This document shows, piece by piece, positions 63,102 to 64,000 of a stretch of 64,000 nt of DNA; within the stretch, counting starts at the first letter, position 1; every line of letters starts with the position of its first letter. This stretch comes from Octopus sinensis. Its lineage: Eukaryota. Where the stretch lies: NCBI RefSeq assembly GCF_006345805.1, contig NC_043006.1, positions 26,536,001 through 26,600,000 of the forward strand, written 5' to 3'. The notes beneath the pieces were generated by a model. The model did not search any database. It saw only the letters and a program-made list of their open reading frames with translations, and was not told the DNA's origin. The translations under genes and the position numbers were made by a program.

Positions 63102-63474
63102 TCTCTCTCTATATAAACGGCAGTTTGTCTGTGCGTGTTTCTGTGTGTCTGTTTGCTTGTACCCTCACCTGACCACGGCTTTCAACCGATTCTGATGAAA
63201 CTTGACACACCCATAGCCCAATGTCATAATTCAAAACTAACGCAGCGAAAATTTTGAAAAGTTCCCCCATTTCTGAAAAAAATCGATAAATTCGACATGG
63301 TTCGAGAATCAGAAACACAACCGCAAACTGTCTAGGGGACGCAACTCCACCTTTTTTAACTAAAAAATATTTACCATCATTTTTTCCCATTTTTTTGCTA
63401 TTTTTTGGCTATAACTCTCTAAAATGCTTTATAGTTTTTCCCCTACAACCTGAGCACGCCGGGTGTACTGCTAG
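63102..63474 (+). mobile_element. Non-autonomous Helitron copy, inverted relative to 58661-59034
   Basis: A|TCTCTCTCTATATAAACGGCAG...GCACGCCGGGTGTACTGCTAG|T. Confidence 0.8.
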
Positions 63475-64000
63475 TATATATATATGTATATATATATATA
63501 ATATATATATATGTATATATATACATATATGTATATGTATATATATATATGTATATATATATGTATATGTATATTATATATGTATATATATATGTATATA
63601 TATATGTTATATATACATATATGTATATATATATTATATATATACATATATGTATATGTATATATATAATATGTATATATATATGTATATCTATACATAG
63701 ATGTAATGTATATATATGTACATGTTATATATAATATGTATATAATATGTATATATTACATATATGTATTATATATATGTACATGTATATATATATGTAT
63801 ATGTATATATATGTACATGTATATATATATATATATATGTATATATATACATATATGTATATATATGTACATGTATAATATATATGTATATGTGTATATA
63901 TATATTATATGTATGTATATATGTATGTATATAACATATATGTATATCTATCTCTATATGTAGTATATTTATGTATATATACATATATTATATATATATG

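Larger units (their letters stand above)
59822..64000. repeat. Further TA/TATG microsatellite blocks (59822-60665, 62353-63101, 63475-64000)
   Basis: Directly visible between the elements listed above. Confidence 0.95.

Noticed and set aside
54965-64000. Dozens of long ORFs of Tyr/Ile/Met/Cys/Val (up to 494 aa)
   Set aside because: Translations of TA/TATG microsatellite, which has few stop codons in any frame; no splice or domain evidence.

Overview
AT-rich animal genomic DNA, probably octopus/coleoid cephalopod (inferred from the SINE/RTE repeat families, not verified). Two host genes are supported. (1) A complete five-exon Rho-family atypical GTPase of the Rnd/RhoE type (exons 96-206, 7488-7578, 11445-11554, 23406-23540, 25361-25606; 230 aa, CVVM CAAX box) with substitutions at all three residues needed for GTP hydrolysis. 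(2) The first coding exon of a polypeptide GalNAc-transferase (GALNT family, 38230-38546); I found no further exon of it in the window. The rest is mostly decayed mobile DNA: tRNA-derived SINEs, RTE and CR1/L2-type LINEs, Penelope-like elements (PLEs), maT and mariner transposons, a Gypsy remnant, piggyBac/hAT/Tc1 MITEs, non-autonomous Helitrons and kilobase-scale TA/TATG microsatellites. The most interesting signals are a complete C4HC3 PHD finger inserted inside the reverse transcriptase of an RTE LINE, a core-intact hammerhead ribozyme with a long stem II next to a PLE (plus three decayed relatives), long fold-back palindromes inside introns, and LINE copies whose missing internal segment sits right beside them. 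All counts and alignments were done by eye, and repeat boundaries are approximate unless a TIR or TSD is quoted.
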